Source: Lysobacterales bacterium
GTDB taxonomy: Bacteria > Pseudomonadota > Gammaproteobacteria > Xanthomonadales > Xanthomonadaceae
Assembly (NCBI GenBank): GCA_038316385.1
Contig: JBBQAN010000001.1
Coordinates: 11,381 to 75,380, forward strand
Direction of reading: 5' to 3'
Length of the DNA: 64,000 bases
In this document: positions 51,475-61,408 of the stretch, piece by piece
Numbering within the stretch: position 1 is the stretch's first letter
Layout of the letters: each line of letters begins with the position of its first letter
Notes under the pieces: model-generated
Databases searched by the model: none
What the model was told of the DNA's origin: nothing
What the model saw: only the letters and a program-made list of their open reading frames with translations
Made by a program: the position numbers and the translations under genes

Positions 51475-52491
51475 TTACCAGACCACCTCGGCCATCGAGC
51501 AGTTCAGGCCCGAGCCGATGCCGAGCAGGGCGACGCGGTCACCTTTCTTGAGGCGGCCGAGATCGCGCAGCTTGCTTAACACGATCGGCACCGATGCTGG
51601 GCCGATGTTGCCGTGTTCGGCGAAGATCGTGAGCACTTTCGCCGGATCGATGCCGAAGGCCTTGATGAAAGCCTGCGTGTGCACTTGGCTGACCTGGTGG
51701 ATCACGAACTCGTCGAGCTCCTCCACCACCCAGCCGAGCGCGAGCTTGGCGGCGACGAAGGTCTTCTGCGCGAGCTTCAGGCCTTCGATCAGCAAGGTCT
51801 TGGTGTCGGTGACCATGCGGTCGAGATTGCCGCGGCACAGCTTGTTCCACTCGGTCGCCGCGCGGGTGACCCCGCCCTTGTAGCGCGGAGCATCCGGCGT
51901 AAGTTCGCTGCGCGAGAGCACCATCGCGGCCGCGCCGCAGCCCAAAGTGAGCGAGGCGAGTTCGTTGCGGAACTGTTCCTCGGTCACGTCGGGCGCGCAC
52001 AGGCGTTCGAGGGTTTTCTCGTAAACAAGGTTCGCGGTTTCACCATCGACGACCAGCGCGTATTCGATTTCGCCGCGCTCGATCATCCGACTGGCGATGT
52101 CCATGCCGTTGAGGAAGGCGAGGCAGGCGTTGGTGACATCGAAGTTCTGGCAGGTGTCGCCGAGGCGCAGGTTGCCGCAGATGATGCTGGCGGTGGACGG
52201 CTCAAGATAGTCGCGGCTGACCGAGGTATTGACCAGCAGGCCGATTTGATCGCGCGATACACCCGAATCGAGCAGCGCCTTTTCGGCCGCCAGCGTCGCT
52301 GCATCCGAGGACTCGATGCCGACGCCCCACATGCGGCGTGCATGGATGCCGGCAATGTCACGCAATACGTCGGTCTTGATGCCCAGCCGTTGCATGGTCG
52401 GCTGCAGACGCAGGTTGATCGCATCCGAGCTGAGCCGCTCGGGTGCATCGATGTGCGCCAGTCCGGCGATGGAGACGTGTTCAAAGAGCAT
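51475..52491 (-). CDS. oleA: OleA, thiolase-fold head-to-head fatty-acyl condensing enzyme (FabH-like)
   Basis: MLFEHVSIAGLAHIDAPERLSSDAINLRLQPTMQRLGIKTDVLRDIAGIHARRMWG closely matches my recollection of the Xanthomonas OleA N-terminus. Start set at ATG 52491. The upstream part of the maximal ORF is repeat-encoded. Confidence 0.9.
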   Translation of the reverse strand: MLFEHVSIAGLAHIDAPERLSSDAINLRLQPTMQRLGIKTDVLRDIAGIHARRMWGVGIESSDAATLAAEKALLDSGVSRDQIGLLVNTSVSRDYLEPSTASIICGNLRLGDTCQNFDVTNACLAFLNGMDIASRMIERGEIEYALVVDGETANLVYEKTLERLCAPDVTEEQFRNELASLTLGCGAAAMVLSRSELTPDAPRYKGGVTRAATEWNKLCRGNLDRMVTDTKTLLIEGLKLAQKTFVAAKLALGWVVEELDEFVIHQVSQVHTQAFIKAFGIDPAKVLTIFAEHGNIGPASVPIVLSKLRDLGRLKKGDRVALLGIGSGLNCSMAEVVW

Positions 52492-52543
52492 GGCAGAGAC
52501 CTGCGACTGATAGGGTCGGCCCCGTTTGAGGGCCATCCCATTT

Positions 52544-52580
52544 CCCTCCCTGCTTGACAGGGGGAGGGCAAGGGTGGGGG
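52544..52580. repeat. solo forward half of the dispersed repeat (hairpin CCCTCCCTGCTTGACAGGGGGAGGG + degenerate G-box)
   Basis: Sequence similarity to 45864-45898 and 48039-48073. Confidence 0.6.
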
Positions 52581-52620
52581 ATTGATCCGACAATTGAATC
52601 TGAATTAATTGCGGATCAAT
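52581..52620. promoter_or_regulatory. AT-rich 14-bp-arm inverted repeat ATTGATCCGACAATT-N11-AATTGCGGATCAAT upstream of oleA
   Basis: Seen directly. One bulged base. Lies 90-130 bp upstream of the oleA ATG, so it could be an operator or an RNA hairpin. Confidence 0.3.
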
Positions 52621-52677
52621 AGCCGGGGAACGCTACTAGGTTCCGGCGCGAGTCGCAACTTTCAATGCCTGCGGACT

Positions 52678-53013
52678 TTAGCGTTCAGCCCGGCAGCGAT
52701 AGGCTAGCCAGCGTTGCTCGCCATCTACCGGTTCGGCTATTGGCCGGACGGTATCGGCGTGTAGTGTCAGCGCCTCGTTGCGGGCGAGGGTTTCGAGTTC
52801 GTCGCGCACCGTCATATTGTTGCGCTCGTAAGGGCCGACCCGATCCTTGACCGACACTGCGACCTCGCCCAGGCGGTTGCATGCCGCCACATCCTGGCCC
52901 GCGCGCAGCACCCGCACTTGCGCTGCTCCCGGATCCATCTTCACCCACGTACAGCCCGCGAACAGGATCGCGATTCCGGTCCACAAGGTGGTTAGTGTCA
53001 TGCCGCTGCGCAT
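52678..53013 (-). CDS. DUF4156-like lipoprotein
   Basis: Lipobox ILFAGC. 111 aa from ATG 53013. Confidence 0.6.
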   Translation of the reverse strand: MRSGMTLTTLWTGIAILFAGCTWVKMDPGAAQVRVLRAGQDVAACNRLGEVAVSVKDRVGPYERNNMTVRDELETLARNEALTLHADTVRPIAEPVDGEQRWLAYRCRAER

Positions 53014-53107
53014 GGTCGATCTCCAAAGTGATGCGCCGAGCATAGCGGCAGGACGTGAACCGGCGACAACGTCACCGTCTCGTGACGACCGCGAGGCTGC
53101 GATCCGG

Positions 53108-56041
53108 TCACCGCTGCGCCGGCTGCGCGCCCGGCTTGGCAGCGCCACGTTTGCGGTCGGCCGGGTTGCCATCGGCATCGATCACGGTGACTTCGCCGAT
53201 CTTCAGCGCACGCACCGGCGCTGCAATCTTCGACAGGTCGCCGACCACGACCCAGGTCAGGCTGTCCGGATGGATGTCACGCGCAGCCGCGCGGACGCCG
53301 GCCAGGGTGACGCTCTGGATGATCTGCGGCTTGTTTTGCGCGTAATCGTCGGGGCGATGGTAGGTGATCATTCCGCCGATCTGGCCGAGCACGCCATTGG
53401 CGGTTTCAAAAGCGCCGGGCAGGCTGCGGATCTCGGTCGCCTTGATGTTGTCGAGTTCCGCTTCGGTGGCGGGTGCGTTGCCGTTGACGTAGGCACCGAT
53501 CTCGCGCTGCAATTCGGCCAGCGCCTCGGCGGTCTTGTCGATTTGCACCGGCGCGTACGCGATCCATGGCTGTTGGCCGACGGCATTCTCGCTGAAACTG
53601 TAAGCGCCGTACGCCCAGTGTTTCGCCTCGCGCAAATTCATGTTCAGCCGCGACGAGAATTGACCGCCGAGCACGCCATTGGCGAGCCGAAAATCCCAGA
53701 AATGCGGATCCATGGTCGAGCGCACCACTTGACCGACCAGGATCGTCGCCTGGATCGCGCCGGGCTGATCGACCAGGAATACGCGCGGTTTGGCCGGCAA
53801 CGCGGCGGCGGGGATCGCCAGCGTCGGCAGCGCCTCGTTGGGCGCTTTCCAGGCGCCAAAACGCCGCTCGAGCAGCGGCGTGATCTCTTTCAGCGTGGTG
53901 TCGCCGACCACGATCAGGGTCGCGTTGTCCGGCCGTAACCAGCGATGTGCGAACGCGAGCAGATCGTCGCGGTTGAGCGACTTGATCGACTCCTCGGTGC
54001 CGCTGCCGCTCAGTGGAATCGCATACGGATGCCCCGCTCCGTACATCAGCGGCGGCAGCAGGCGCAGCGCGATCGCGGTGGGTCGGGTTTTTTCCTGGGC
54101 GATGCCAGCCAGCCAGGTCTTGCGCACGCGGTCGATTTCCTTCGGATCGAAGGTCGGGCGCAGCAGCACGTCGGCGTACAGCGCCACCGATGCGTCGAGG
54201 TTGTCCTTCAGCGCCGACAGATGCACGGTGTCGCCGTTGAGGTCCGCACCGGCGCCGATGCTGGCGCCGAGAACTTCCTCGCGATTGCCCAGGGCGAGCG
54301 CATCGTAGTCGCCCGCGCCTTCATCGAGCATACCCATCGTGAAGCTCGACGTGCCTAGTTTGCGGCCTTGGTCGGCCGCATAGCCGCCGCTGAACAGCAT
54401 GGACATCTCCACGACCGGAATCTCGTGGCGTTCGGCCAGCACGATCCGCAGACCGTTGGACAAGTTCGCGCGTTGCAGCACCGGAAATTTGAGATCCGGG
54501 AAACGATCGACCGTGGGTGCGCCCTTGCTACGATCGACATCAGATGCGACGACCGTGAATTTCGGATCGATCGCGGGAATCGGGCGATCCCTCGTCGCAT
54601 ACGCTGCGTCGGCGGTGGAATCGTCCGGCATCGGCGGCGGTGCGGTGCCGGCTGCGACCGGTGACACGACGAGGGTGTAATCGCCCTTGGTCAGCCAGCG
54701 GCCGGCGGTCGCTGCGAGTTGCGCGGGCGTGGCAGATTCGTAGATATCCAGACTTGCCCGGAAGCAGCCCGGATCGTCGGTGAACACCGCGCATTCGGCC
54801 AGTGCATCGGCCTTGCCGGCAACACCTTCGATGCCGCGAATGAAGCCGGCCTTGAACACGGTGCGCGCTTGCGCGGTTTCCTGTGCAGTCGGACCGTCCT
54901 TGATGAGCCGCTGGAGTTCCGCGTCGATGATCGCTTCGACCTTGGCCGGATCGACGCCCTGCTTGACGTCGGCTTCGATGGTGAACTGGCCGCCGAGCTC
55001 GGAGCCGTCCGCGTCCGCGCTCACATGATCGGCCAGCTTGTCGTGATGCACGAGCCGCGTGTCGAGGCGCGATGACCTGCTGCCGCCGAGCACCTGAGCG
55101 AACAATTGCAGACGCGCCAGATCCGGAGCGCCGAATCCGGGCACATTCCAGATCTTGTAGATGCGCGTTTGCGCGACGCGATCGAGCATCGTCGCGCGCC
55201 GGGATTTGTCGTGCGCAGCGAACCACGGTTTAGGTATGGGTTTTTCATTTCGACAATCCGCACATGGATGTGCGGGCTCTTGCGAGGGATTCGCAGCCAT
55301 AGGCGTCGCAGGAATGTCGCCGAAATACGTCGTGACCTTCGCCTTCGCCGTCGCCAGATCGATGTCACCGGCCAGCACCAGCACCGTGTTGTTCGGGCCG
55401 TACCACGTGCGGAACCAGGCTTTCACGTCGTCCAGCGATGCCTTGTCCAGATCGGTCTTGGAACCGATCGTGGTGTGGTGGTAAGGATGGGCGAGCGGAT
55501 ACATCGCCGCGTGCAGCGCATCATCCACACGACCATATGGCTGGTTCTCGCGCTGGCGTTTTTCGTTTTCGACCACACCGCGTTGCTGATCCACCGTGGC
55601 GTTGTCGATGCCGCCGAGCAGATGGCCCATGCGGTCCGATTCCATCCACAGCGCCATGTCGAGCGCGGTGGTCGGTACGGTCTCGAAAAAGTCGGTGCGG
55701 TCGGAATTGGTGGTGCCGTTCTGGTTGGTCGCGCCGACCTTCTCGAACGGATCGAAGAACTTGCCCCGGTGGTTTTCCGAACCCTCGAACATCAGGTGTT
55801 CGTACAGATGCGCGAAGCCGGTCTTGCCGGGCTTCTCATCCTTGGAGCCGACGTGATACCAGAGATCGACCGCAACAATCGGCGCCTTGTGGTCTTCGTG
55901 CACGATCACGCGCAAGCCGTTCGGCAGGGTGAATTCGCTGTACGCGATGTCCACGTTGGCGGCTTGCACCGGCAAGACCAATGCCGTGGATAGACCGATT
56001 GCGAGCAGACCGATGTGCAGCCGCTGGGTTGGAGGCGTCAT
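53108..56041 (-). CDS. M16 (pitrilysin/insulinase) family zinc metallopeptidase, four-domain PqqL-like
   Basis: Signal peptide. Inverted zinc motif HLYEHLMFEG (HxxEH). ~977 aa from ATG 56041. Confidence 0.9.
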   Translation of the reverse strand: MTPPTQRLHIGLLAIGLSTALVLPVQAANVDIAYSEFTLPNGLRVIVHEDHKAPIVAVDLWYHVGSKDEKPGKTGFAHLYEHLMFEGSENHRGKFFDPFEKVGATNQNGTTNSDRTDFFETVPTTALDMALWMESDRMGHLLGGIDNATVDQQRGVVENEKRQRENQPYGRVDDALHAAMYPLAHPYHHTTIGSKTDLDKASLDDVKAWFRTWYGPNNTVLVLAGDIDLATAKAKVTTYFGDIPATPMAANPSQEPAHPCADCRNEKPIPKPWFAAHDKSRRATMLDRVAQTRIYKIWNVPGFGAPDLARLQLFAQVLGGSRSSRLDTRLVHHDKLADHVSADADGSELGGQFTIEADVKQGVDPAKVEAIIDAELQRLIKDGPTAQETAQARTVFKAGFIRGIEGVAGKADALAECAVFTDDPGCFRASLDIYESATPAQLAATAGRWLTKGDYTLVVSPVAAGTAPPPMPDDSTADAAYATRDRPIPAIDPKFTVVASDVDRSKGAPTVDRFPDLKFPVLQRANLSNGLRIVLAERHEIPVVEMSMLFSGGYAADQGRKLGTSSFTMGMLDEGAGDYDALALGNREEVLGASIGAGADLNGDTVHLSALKDNLDASVALYADVLLRPTFDPKEIDRVRKTWLAGIAQEKTRPTAIALRLLPPLMYGAGHPYAIPLSGSGTEESIKSLNRDDLLAFAHRWLRPDNATLIVVGDTTLKEITPLLERRFGAWKAPNEALPTLAIPAAALPAKPRVFLVDQPGAIQATILVGQVVRSTMDPHFWDFRLANGVLGGQFSSRLNMNLREAKHWAYGAYSFSENAVGQQPWIAYAPVQIDKTAEALAELQREIGAYVNGNAPATEAELDNIKATEIRSLPGAFETANGVLGQIGGMITYHRPDDYAQNKPQIIQSVTLAGVRAAARDIHPDSLTWVVVGDLSKIAAPVRALKIGEVTVIDADGNPADRKRGAAKPGAQPAQR

Positions 56042-56211
56042 GGAAATCCCTGGAAAATTCGAATACTGATTGCGTTGGCCGGTTCGCGGGCACGATGACA
56101 TGGTAGCTGCTGCCGCGATATTTGCTGGCAATCGCTGCGGCACGTCTTCAATCGACGGCCTACACTTGGGGCAAGCCTGTAACAGGCACTCCATCACTCG
56201 CCGGAGATCGT

Positions 56212-56909
56212 ATGCGTCGCATTCTTGTCACCGGGGCCAATCGTGGACTGGGCCTGGAACTCACCCGTCAATTGCTCGCACGCGGCGACCGCGTGATCGC
56301 AACCTGTCGCGATCCAGGGCAAGCCGATGCCTTGAACGGATTGGTCCGCACGCAACCGGATCGACTGCATCTGTTGGCAGCGGAGATCACCGATGCTGCT
56401 TCCATCGCGGCGCTCGCGGCCGAAGTCTCACGACGATTTGATGCCCTCGACCTGCTGATCAACAACGCGGGCCTACTGATTTCCGGCGAACGTTTCGGCG
56501 CGGTCACTGCCGATGCGTTGACGTCCAGCTTGCGAACCAACGCCGTCGGTGCATTCCTGCTCACCCAGTCGCTCGCGCCATTGCTAACCAAAGGAGCTGC
56601 GCCGATCGTCGCGAACGTCTCTTCGCAACTCGGCTCGATCGCGCGCACCGATAGCTTCCACACGCCGAGCTACGCGATCAGCAAGGCTGCGTTAAACATG
56701 GCGACAGTGCTGCTGGCGCGGGCACTGGCGGACGAGGGCGTGCGCGTGATCGCGCTGCATCCGGGCTGGGTGAAGACCGATATGGCGGCGCCGGCGCGCA
56801 GCTCACGCCGACGCAATCAGTGACCGGCTTGCTGCAGGTGATCGATGCGCTCAAACCTGCCGACACCGGCGTGTTTCTGGATTATCGCGGCGACCCGTTG
56901 CCATGGTAA
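56212..56909 (+). pseudogene. short-chain dehydrogenase/reductase (C-factor-like SDR) with a 1-nt frameshift near 56784
   Basis: ILVTGANRGLGLEL, NNAG, YAISKAAL. After HPGWVKTDM the frame stops at 56823. Adding one G to the GG run at 56784-56785 reads DMGGAGAQLTPTQSVTGLLQVIDALKPADTGVFLDYRGDPLPW-stop (56907-56909), the usual family C-terminus. Confidence 0.75.
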
Positions 56910-56932
56910 ACCGCGCGTGCTGCGACTGAGCG

Positions 56933-57424
56933 ATGCACGTCATCCTCTACCAACCGGAGATTCCGCCGAACACCGGCAACGTCATTCGGCTATGCGCAAA
57001 CTCCGGCGCAACCTTGCACCTGATCGAGCCGCTCGGCTTCGCGCTCGATGATGCGCGGCTGCGTCGTGCCGGGCTTGACTACCACGAGTTTGCAAACCTG
57101 CGCGTGCATGCGGATTTGCCGTCCTGCCTGGCAAGCATTCCCGACGCACGCCTGTTCGCCCTGTCCACGCGCGGGACGATCCGTTACGACCACCCTCGCT
57201 ACGCGATCAACGATGCCTTCGTGTTCGGCCCGGAAACACGCGGATTGCCTGACGCTGTGCTTGTCCAGGTTCCCGAAACGCAGCGACTGCGGCTACCGAT
57301 GTGCCCGCACAACCGCAGTCTGAACCTGTCGAATGCGGTCGCGATCACGGTCTATGAGGCGTGGCGGCAACTCGGTTTTGTCAATGCCGTTTCCCGCGAT
57401 CGCGAACAAGTTCCTGCAGATTAA
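56933..57424 (+). CDS. trmL: tRNA (cytidine/uridine(34)-2'-O)-methyltransferase TrmL (SpoU family)
   Basis: [36 protein letters not shown], and [18 protein letters not shown]. Confidence 0.9.
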   Translation: MHVILYQPEIPPNTGNVIRLCANSGATLHLIEPLGFALDDARLRRAGLDYHEFANLRVHADLPSCLASIPDARLFALSTRGTIRYDHPRYAINDAFVFGPETRGLPDAVLVQVPETQRLRLPMCPHNRSLNLSNAVAITVYEAWRQLGFVNAVSRDREQVPAD

Positions 57425-57556
57425 GACCGTGTTTCGGCCAAGCTTCCGTTGCGAGTTCACTACTACTTTTTTTGTAAATGGCGTTTGCGCCATCGATAGG
57501 TGGGCGTCCATGGAGCGCCTTCACCCGGTTCATGTGAAGCCTGATCAGCACAGCAG

Positions 57557-57590
57557 AAAAAAGCCCGGCGCTCGCCGGGCTTTCTCTTTC
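57557..57590. terminator. bidirectional intrinsic terminator between the convergent genes trmL and kbp
   Basis: AAAAAAGCCCGGCG-CTC-GCCGGGCTTTCTCTTTC. 8-9 bp GC stem with an A-run and a T-run. Confidence 0.7.
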
Positions 57591-57599
57591 GCGGGTTCA

Positions 57600-58136
57600 T
57601 CAGGCCTGGGTCTTCGGAATACGCAGTACCTGGCCCGGATAGATCTTGTCCGGATCGCTAAGCATCGGCTTGTTGGCTTCGAAGATCTCGTTGTAGCGGT
57701 TCGCGGCACCATAGGCGTGCTGCGCGATCTTCGAAAGCGTGTCGCCGCCCTTGACCGTGTAGTACTCCGACACGTCGCCGCCTTTCGCGACGGTCATTCG
57801 GTCGTCCACTTGCTCCACACCATGGACGTTGCCGCAGCACAGGACGATCTTCTCGCGCGCCGCCTGATCCGGCACTTCGCCGGCGACGATGACGGCGGCC
57901 TTCGATCCATCGTAGGACAACGTGAGCTTGTCGGCTGGAAGGTTTTTCGTCTTGATATAGGCGAGGATCGCATCGCCAGCTTCGCGATTGAGCGCGTCCA
58001 CGTCAGGCTTCGCAGCGACCGGCGCGGCGCCAGGCGCCGCGGCGGGTCGAGCGGTCGGGAAAGAGGTAGGCAGAGGGGCCGGCTGGTGCTTGAACAGGCG
58101 TTCGCCTGCGTCCTTCAGGAACGAGATGAGGCTCAT
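57600..58136 (-). CDS. BON + LysM domain protein (Kbp/YgaU-like)
   Basis: MSLISFLKDAGERLF N-terminus, central BON-like region, C-terminal LysM (YTVKGGDTLSKIA...IYPGQVLRIP). Confidence 0.8.
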   Translation of the reverse strand: MSLISFLKDAGERLFKHQPAPLPTSFPTARPAAAPGAAPVAAKPDVDALNREAGDAILAYIKTKNLPADKLTLSYDGSKAAVIVAGEVPDQAAREKIVLCCGNVHGVEQVDDRMTVAKGGDVSEYYTVKGGDTLSKIAQHAYGAANRYNEIFEANKPMLSDPDKIYPGQVLRIPKTQA

Positions 58137-58228
58137 GGGCAGTCCTTTGCGTAGTTGGGGAGGGGCAGGCTCAAGGCCCTACAGCATGCTACCCAGTCGC
58201 GCGTGAACCCCGAGCCAACTAGTTCGCT

Positions 58229-59251
58229 TCAGGTCAAATCCCCGGAATACTCCGGCTTCTGCTGCCGCGCGAGTAACAGCCGCAGACTTTCGGCAGGGGT
58301 GATCTCCTCGTGCAGCACGCGCTGCACCAATGCGGAAATTGGCAGTTCTACGCCGAGCCGATTGGCTAGGCGCATCACTTCATCGGCGGTATCCACCGAT
58401 TCGATGACTTGGCCGATTTCTGCGACCGCGTCCGGGATCGATTGGCCACGACCGAGCGCGAGCCCCAGCCGGCGGTTGCGCGACAGATCGCCGGTGCAGG
58501 TCAGCACCAGATCGCCGAGGCCGGCCAATCCCATCAGGGTTTCCGGGCGACCGCCGAGCGCGGCGTTGAGCCGCAGCATTTCGTTGAGTCCGCGCGTGAT
58601 GAGGCCAGCGCGCGCGTTCAGGCCGAGGTTCATGCCGTCGGCGACGCCGGTGGCGACCGCGAGCACATTCTTCATCGCGCCGCCGAGTTCGGCGCCCTGA
58701 ACGTCGTTGCCGGTATAGGCGCGGAAGGTCGGGCCATGCAAGGTGTCGGCCACCATCTGCGCGAACGCGGGGCGTTCGGAATGCACGGTGATGGCGGTCG
58801 GCAATCCCTGCGCCACTTCGCGCGCGAACGACGGGCCGGTGACGATCGCGAGCGGCACATCCGCACCTAGCACTTCGCCTGCGACCTCGTGCAGGAAACG
58901 CCCGGAGCCCGGCTCGAAACCCTTGGTCGCCCATGCAACGCCAGCGTGCGCCGGCCGATGCGGCGCGAGCGCCTGCAGGGTCGCGGTGAACGCATGGCTG
59001 GGAACGACGACCAGCACCAGATCCGCATCGGACAGCGCGATGTGCAGGTCGGCAGTCGCGCGCAAGCCTTCCGGCAGGACGACGTCGGAAAGGTAACGCG
59101 GGTTGCGGTGTTCACGATTGATGACCGCAGCCTGTTCGGCATCGCGTCCCCACAGGATCGTTGGCACGCGATTGCGCACCGCGAGCGCGGCCAGCGCCGT
59201 ACCCCACGAACCCGCGCCGATGACGGCCAGCCGTGGCGGCGCGGCCGTCAT
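58229..59251 (-). CDS. gpsA: NAD(P)H-dependent glycerol-3-phosphate dehydrogenase
   Basis: [17 protein letters not shown]-like [26 protein letters not shown]. Confidence 0.95.
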   Translation of the reverse strand: MTAAPPRLAVIGAGSWGTALAALAVRNRVPTILWGRDAEQAAVINREHRNPRYLSDVVLPEGLRATADLHIALSDADLVLVVVPSHAFTATLQALAPHRPAHAGVAWATKGFEPGSGRFLHEVAGEVLGADVPLAIVTGPSFAREVAQGLPTAITVHSERPAFAQMVADTLHGPTFRAYTGNDVQGAELGGAMKNVLAVATGVADGMNLGLNARAGLITRGLNEMLRLNAALGGRPETLMGLAGLGDLVLTCTGDLSRNRRLGLALGRGQSIPDAVAEIGQVIESVDTADEVMRLANRLGVELPISALVQRVLHEEITPAESLRLLLARQQKPEYSGDLT

Positions 59252-59258
59252 GTTGCCC

Positions 59259-59765
59259 TCAGGCGTTGCCGATCGCTGGTTGCTGAGCGGAGTCGCCTTG
59301 CTCCATGCGACGACGCAGTTGCTCGGCGTAGATCGCTTCGAAATTCAGCGGCTGCAACAGGAAGGGCGGAAAGCCGCCGTGCGAGATGAGATCGCCCAGC
59401 GCTTGGCGCGCATACGGGAATAACGTGTTCGGGCAATGCGTGCCAAGCATCATGTCAATGCCGGATTCGTCGAAACCGGCAATACCGAACACGCCTGCCT
59501 GATCAACCTCGGCCAGATAAGCGGTCTTCTCGTTGATGGTGCAGGTCAGGGTGATCGTGAGCACGACCTCGTAGGCGTCATCGTCGAAACGCGCGACCTT
59601 CTGATTGAGGTTGAGCTGGAGCTGCGGGATCGCCTGCTCCTGAAAGATCGAAGGCGTGTTCGGCGCCTCGAACGAGACATTCTTCAGATAAACCTTCTGC
59701 ACATTGAACTGCGCGCCTGTGACGGGTTCGGCGCCAGCGGCGCCGTTGGTGGCTTCATCGGCCAT
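59259..59765 (-). CDS. secB: protein-export chaperone SecB
   Basis: [17 protein letters not shown] and [11 protein letters not shown]. Start at ATG 59765. Confidence 0.9.
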   Translation of the reverse strand: MADEATNGAAGAEPVTGAQFNVQKVYLKNVSFEAPNTPSIFQEQAIPQLQLNLNQKVARFDDDAYEVVLTITLTCTINEKTAYLAEVDQAGVFGIAGFDESGIDMMLGTHCPNTLFPYARQALGDLISHGGFPPFLLQPLNFEAIYAEQLRRRMEQGDSAQQPAIGNA

Positions 59766-59864
59766 GGAATCACTCTCCGGAAAAAAGGGATGCAACGATA
59801 GGTGCAGCGGTTGGATCGCGGATTATCCCACGCGCGGCGGGCGCGACCAACTCTCCACCAACTT

Positions 59865-60302
59865 TCAGTTCTTGCCGCGCGCCGTGGGCAGATCAGCCGA
59901 CTGCCATGCAGCAACGCCGCCGTCGAGCCAGTACACCTGCTTGAACCCGGCCTTGACCAGCCGTTTGGCCGCAAGCGCCGAGGTGGTGCCATTGCGACAG
60001 ACGAGGGCGACCGGCAAGTCGCGCACCTTAGCGAGTTGCTTGTTCTCGGGGTCGAACTGGCTCATCGCAACGCTGCGCGAGCCGATTACATGGCCTTTTT
60101 CGAATTCGGGCGGCGGACTCACATCCACCACCAGCGCATTTTCACGGTTGATCAGGCCGGTCAACTGCGCCGGACCGATCGCGCGATAGCCGCGGGTGAA
60201 GCGCGAGAATTCATTGACGATCAAGGCGATGGTGACGCCCACGAAGCCCAGGCACAGCATGGCGTGGTTGCCGAAAAACGTTTGCAATTGCTCGATGGGC
60301 AC
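59865..60302 (-). CDS. membrane-anchored rhodanese-domain protein
   Basis: N-terminal TM helix. Rhodanese core with active-site loop LVCRNGTTS. Confidence 0.8.
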   Translation of the reverse strand: MPIEQLQTFFGNHAMLCLGFVGVTIALIVNEFSRFTRGYRAIGPAQLTGLINRENALVVDVSPPPEFEKGHVIGSRSVAMSQFDPENKQLAKVRDLPVALVCRNGTTSALAAKRLVKAGFKQVYWLDGGVAAWQSADLPTARGKN

Positions 60303-60384
60303 TTCGAATCCGGGCAGCGACGACGGGCCGCGATTATAAGCTGTCCGCTGCCGCGATCGTTGCGACCAAGCCGTGCTGGCGGCC

Positions 60385-60819
60385 CTACTCCTGCGGCGAG
60401 ATGTCCGGCAACCCGGAAGTCAGCCACCATTTCTTCAGCTCCGGATCCCAGCGCCAGTGCTCGCGATAGACGATATTGCGTCCGATCTGGGTGTTGCGAT
60501 TGATCAATCCGAGCTGGACCTGCTGATCGACCGTGCCGGTGCCGTCGGTTCGCGAAATCACGTCGTAACCCGAGACTTCGACCTGTTTGTAGCGCGCGCG
60601 GTCGATGTCGGAAAGCGGATGTTCTGCTTTCGTTTTCGGATCGACGTAGGCATAGGCGGCTTCGATGTCGCCCCAGCGGATGTCGCTGGAAAAATCGTAA
60701 AAGGTCATATCCAGTGCGTGTGCCGGACTCGGCTTCACCGCATTGCAAGCCGCAAGCAGCGGCGTCAACATCACCGCTGCGGCGAATGGAAACAGATAGC
60801 GCGATTTGGAACTGGACAT
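60385..60819 (-). CDS. lipoprotein of unknown function
   Basis: Lipobox LLAAC. 144 aa. Confidence 0.55.
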   Translation of the reverse strand: MSSSKSRYLFPFAAAVMLTPLLAACNAVKPSPAHALDMTFYDFSSDIRWGDIEAAYAYVDPKTKAEHPLSDIDRARYKQVEVSGYDVISRTDGTGTVDQQVQLGLINRNTQIGRNIVYREHWRWDPELKKWWLTSGLPDISPQE

Positions 60820-60856
60820 GTCCGGACTCCGTTGCGTTCGACGCAGGCATCCAAGA

Positions 60857-61408
60857 CTAGCGCATTGGGCGCATCGCCACGAAGCGACCGCTGAACACCG
60901 TCGCCTCCCCGCCCGCCGCGATCGGCACCCGCGCCTGCATCGTGATGCGCGCCTTGCCGTACCGTTGCAGCGTGTCGAGGAATTGTTCCCACGATTCGCT
61001 GGCCGCCGGCGTCGCTTCGGCGATCAGATCCTCGTACAACGGCGACAGGTATTTCACCTGGCTATCGGCAACATAGACATCGGCGTCCAGCCCGGCCAGT
61101 TGCAGCCGCAGCGTGACCCAGCCCCAACCGGCGAGCGTCATCAGCCCGCTCAGGCTGCCGCCGAATGCGCAGCCCTTGTCGTTGACGTTCGCCTTCAACG
61201 GCGCGCCCATCCGCAACGCGTTGCCGTCATAGCCCAATGGCTTGGCCCCGAGCGCTGCCACCGGTGGCATCTTCCGGCAATGCGCAGCGATGTACGCGAG
61301 CGCGGCTTCGACAGTGCACGCGTGCGCGTCGGTGCACGCCGGCTTCAGCGTGGCGGTGTCGTGTTGCGTTGTGCGAAGCTGCCCGGATGCCGCTGCCGTC
61401 AATGTCAC
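60857..61408 (-). CDS. YiiD_C-type hotdog thioesterase domain protein
   Basis: APLKANVNDKGCAFGGSLSGLMTLAGWG...VKYLSP pattern. The start is uncertain (GTG 61408 preceded by GGAGAAGG). Confidence 0.55.
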   Translation of the reverse strand: MTLTAAASGQLRTTQHDTATLKPACTDAHACTVEAALAYIAAHCRKMPPVAALGAKPLGYDGNALRMGAPLKANVNDKGCAFGGSLSGLMTLAGWGWVTLRLQLAGLDADVYVADSQVKYLSPLYEDLIAEATPAASESWEQFLDTLQRYGKARITMQARVPIAAGGEATVFSGRFVAMRPMR

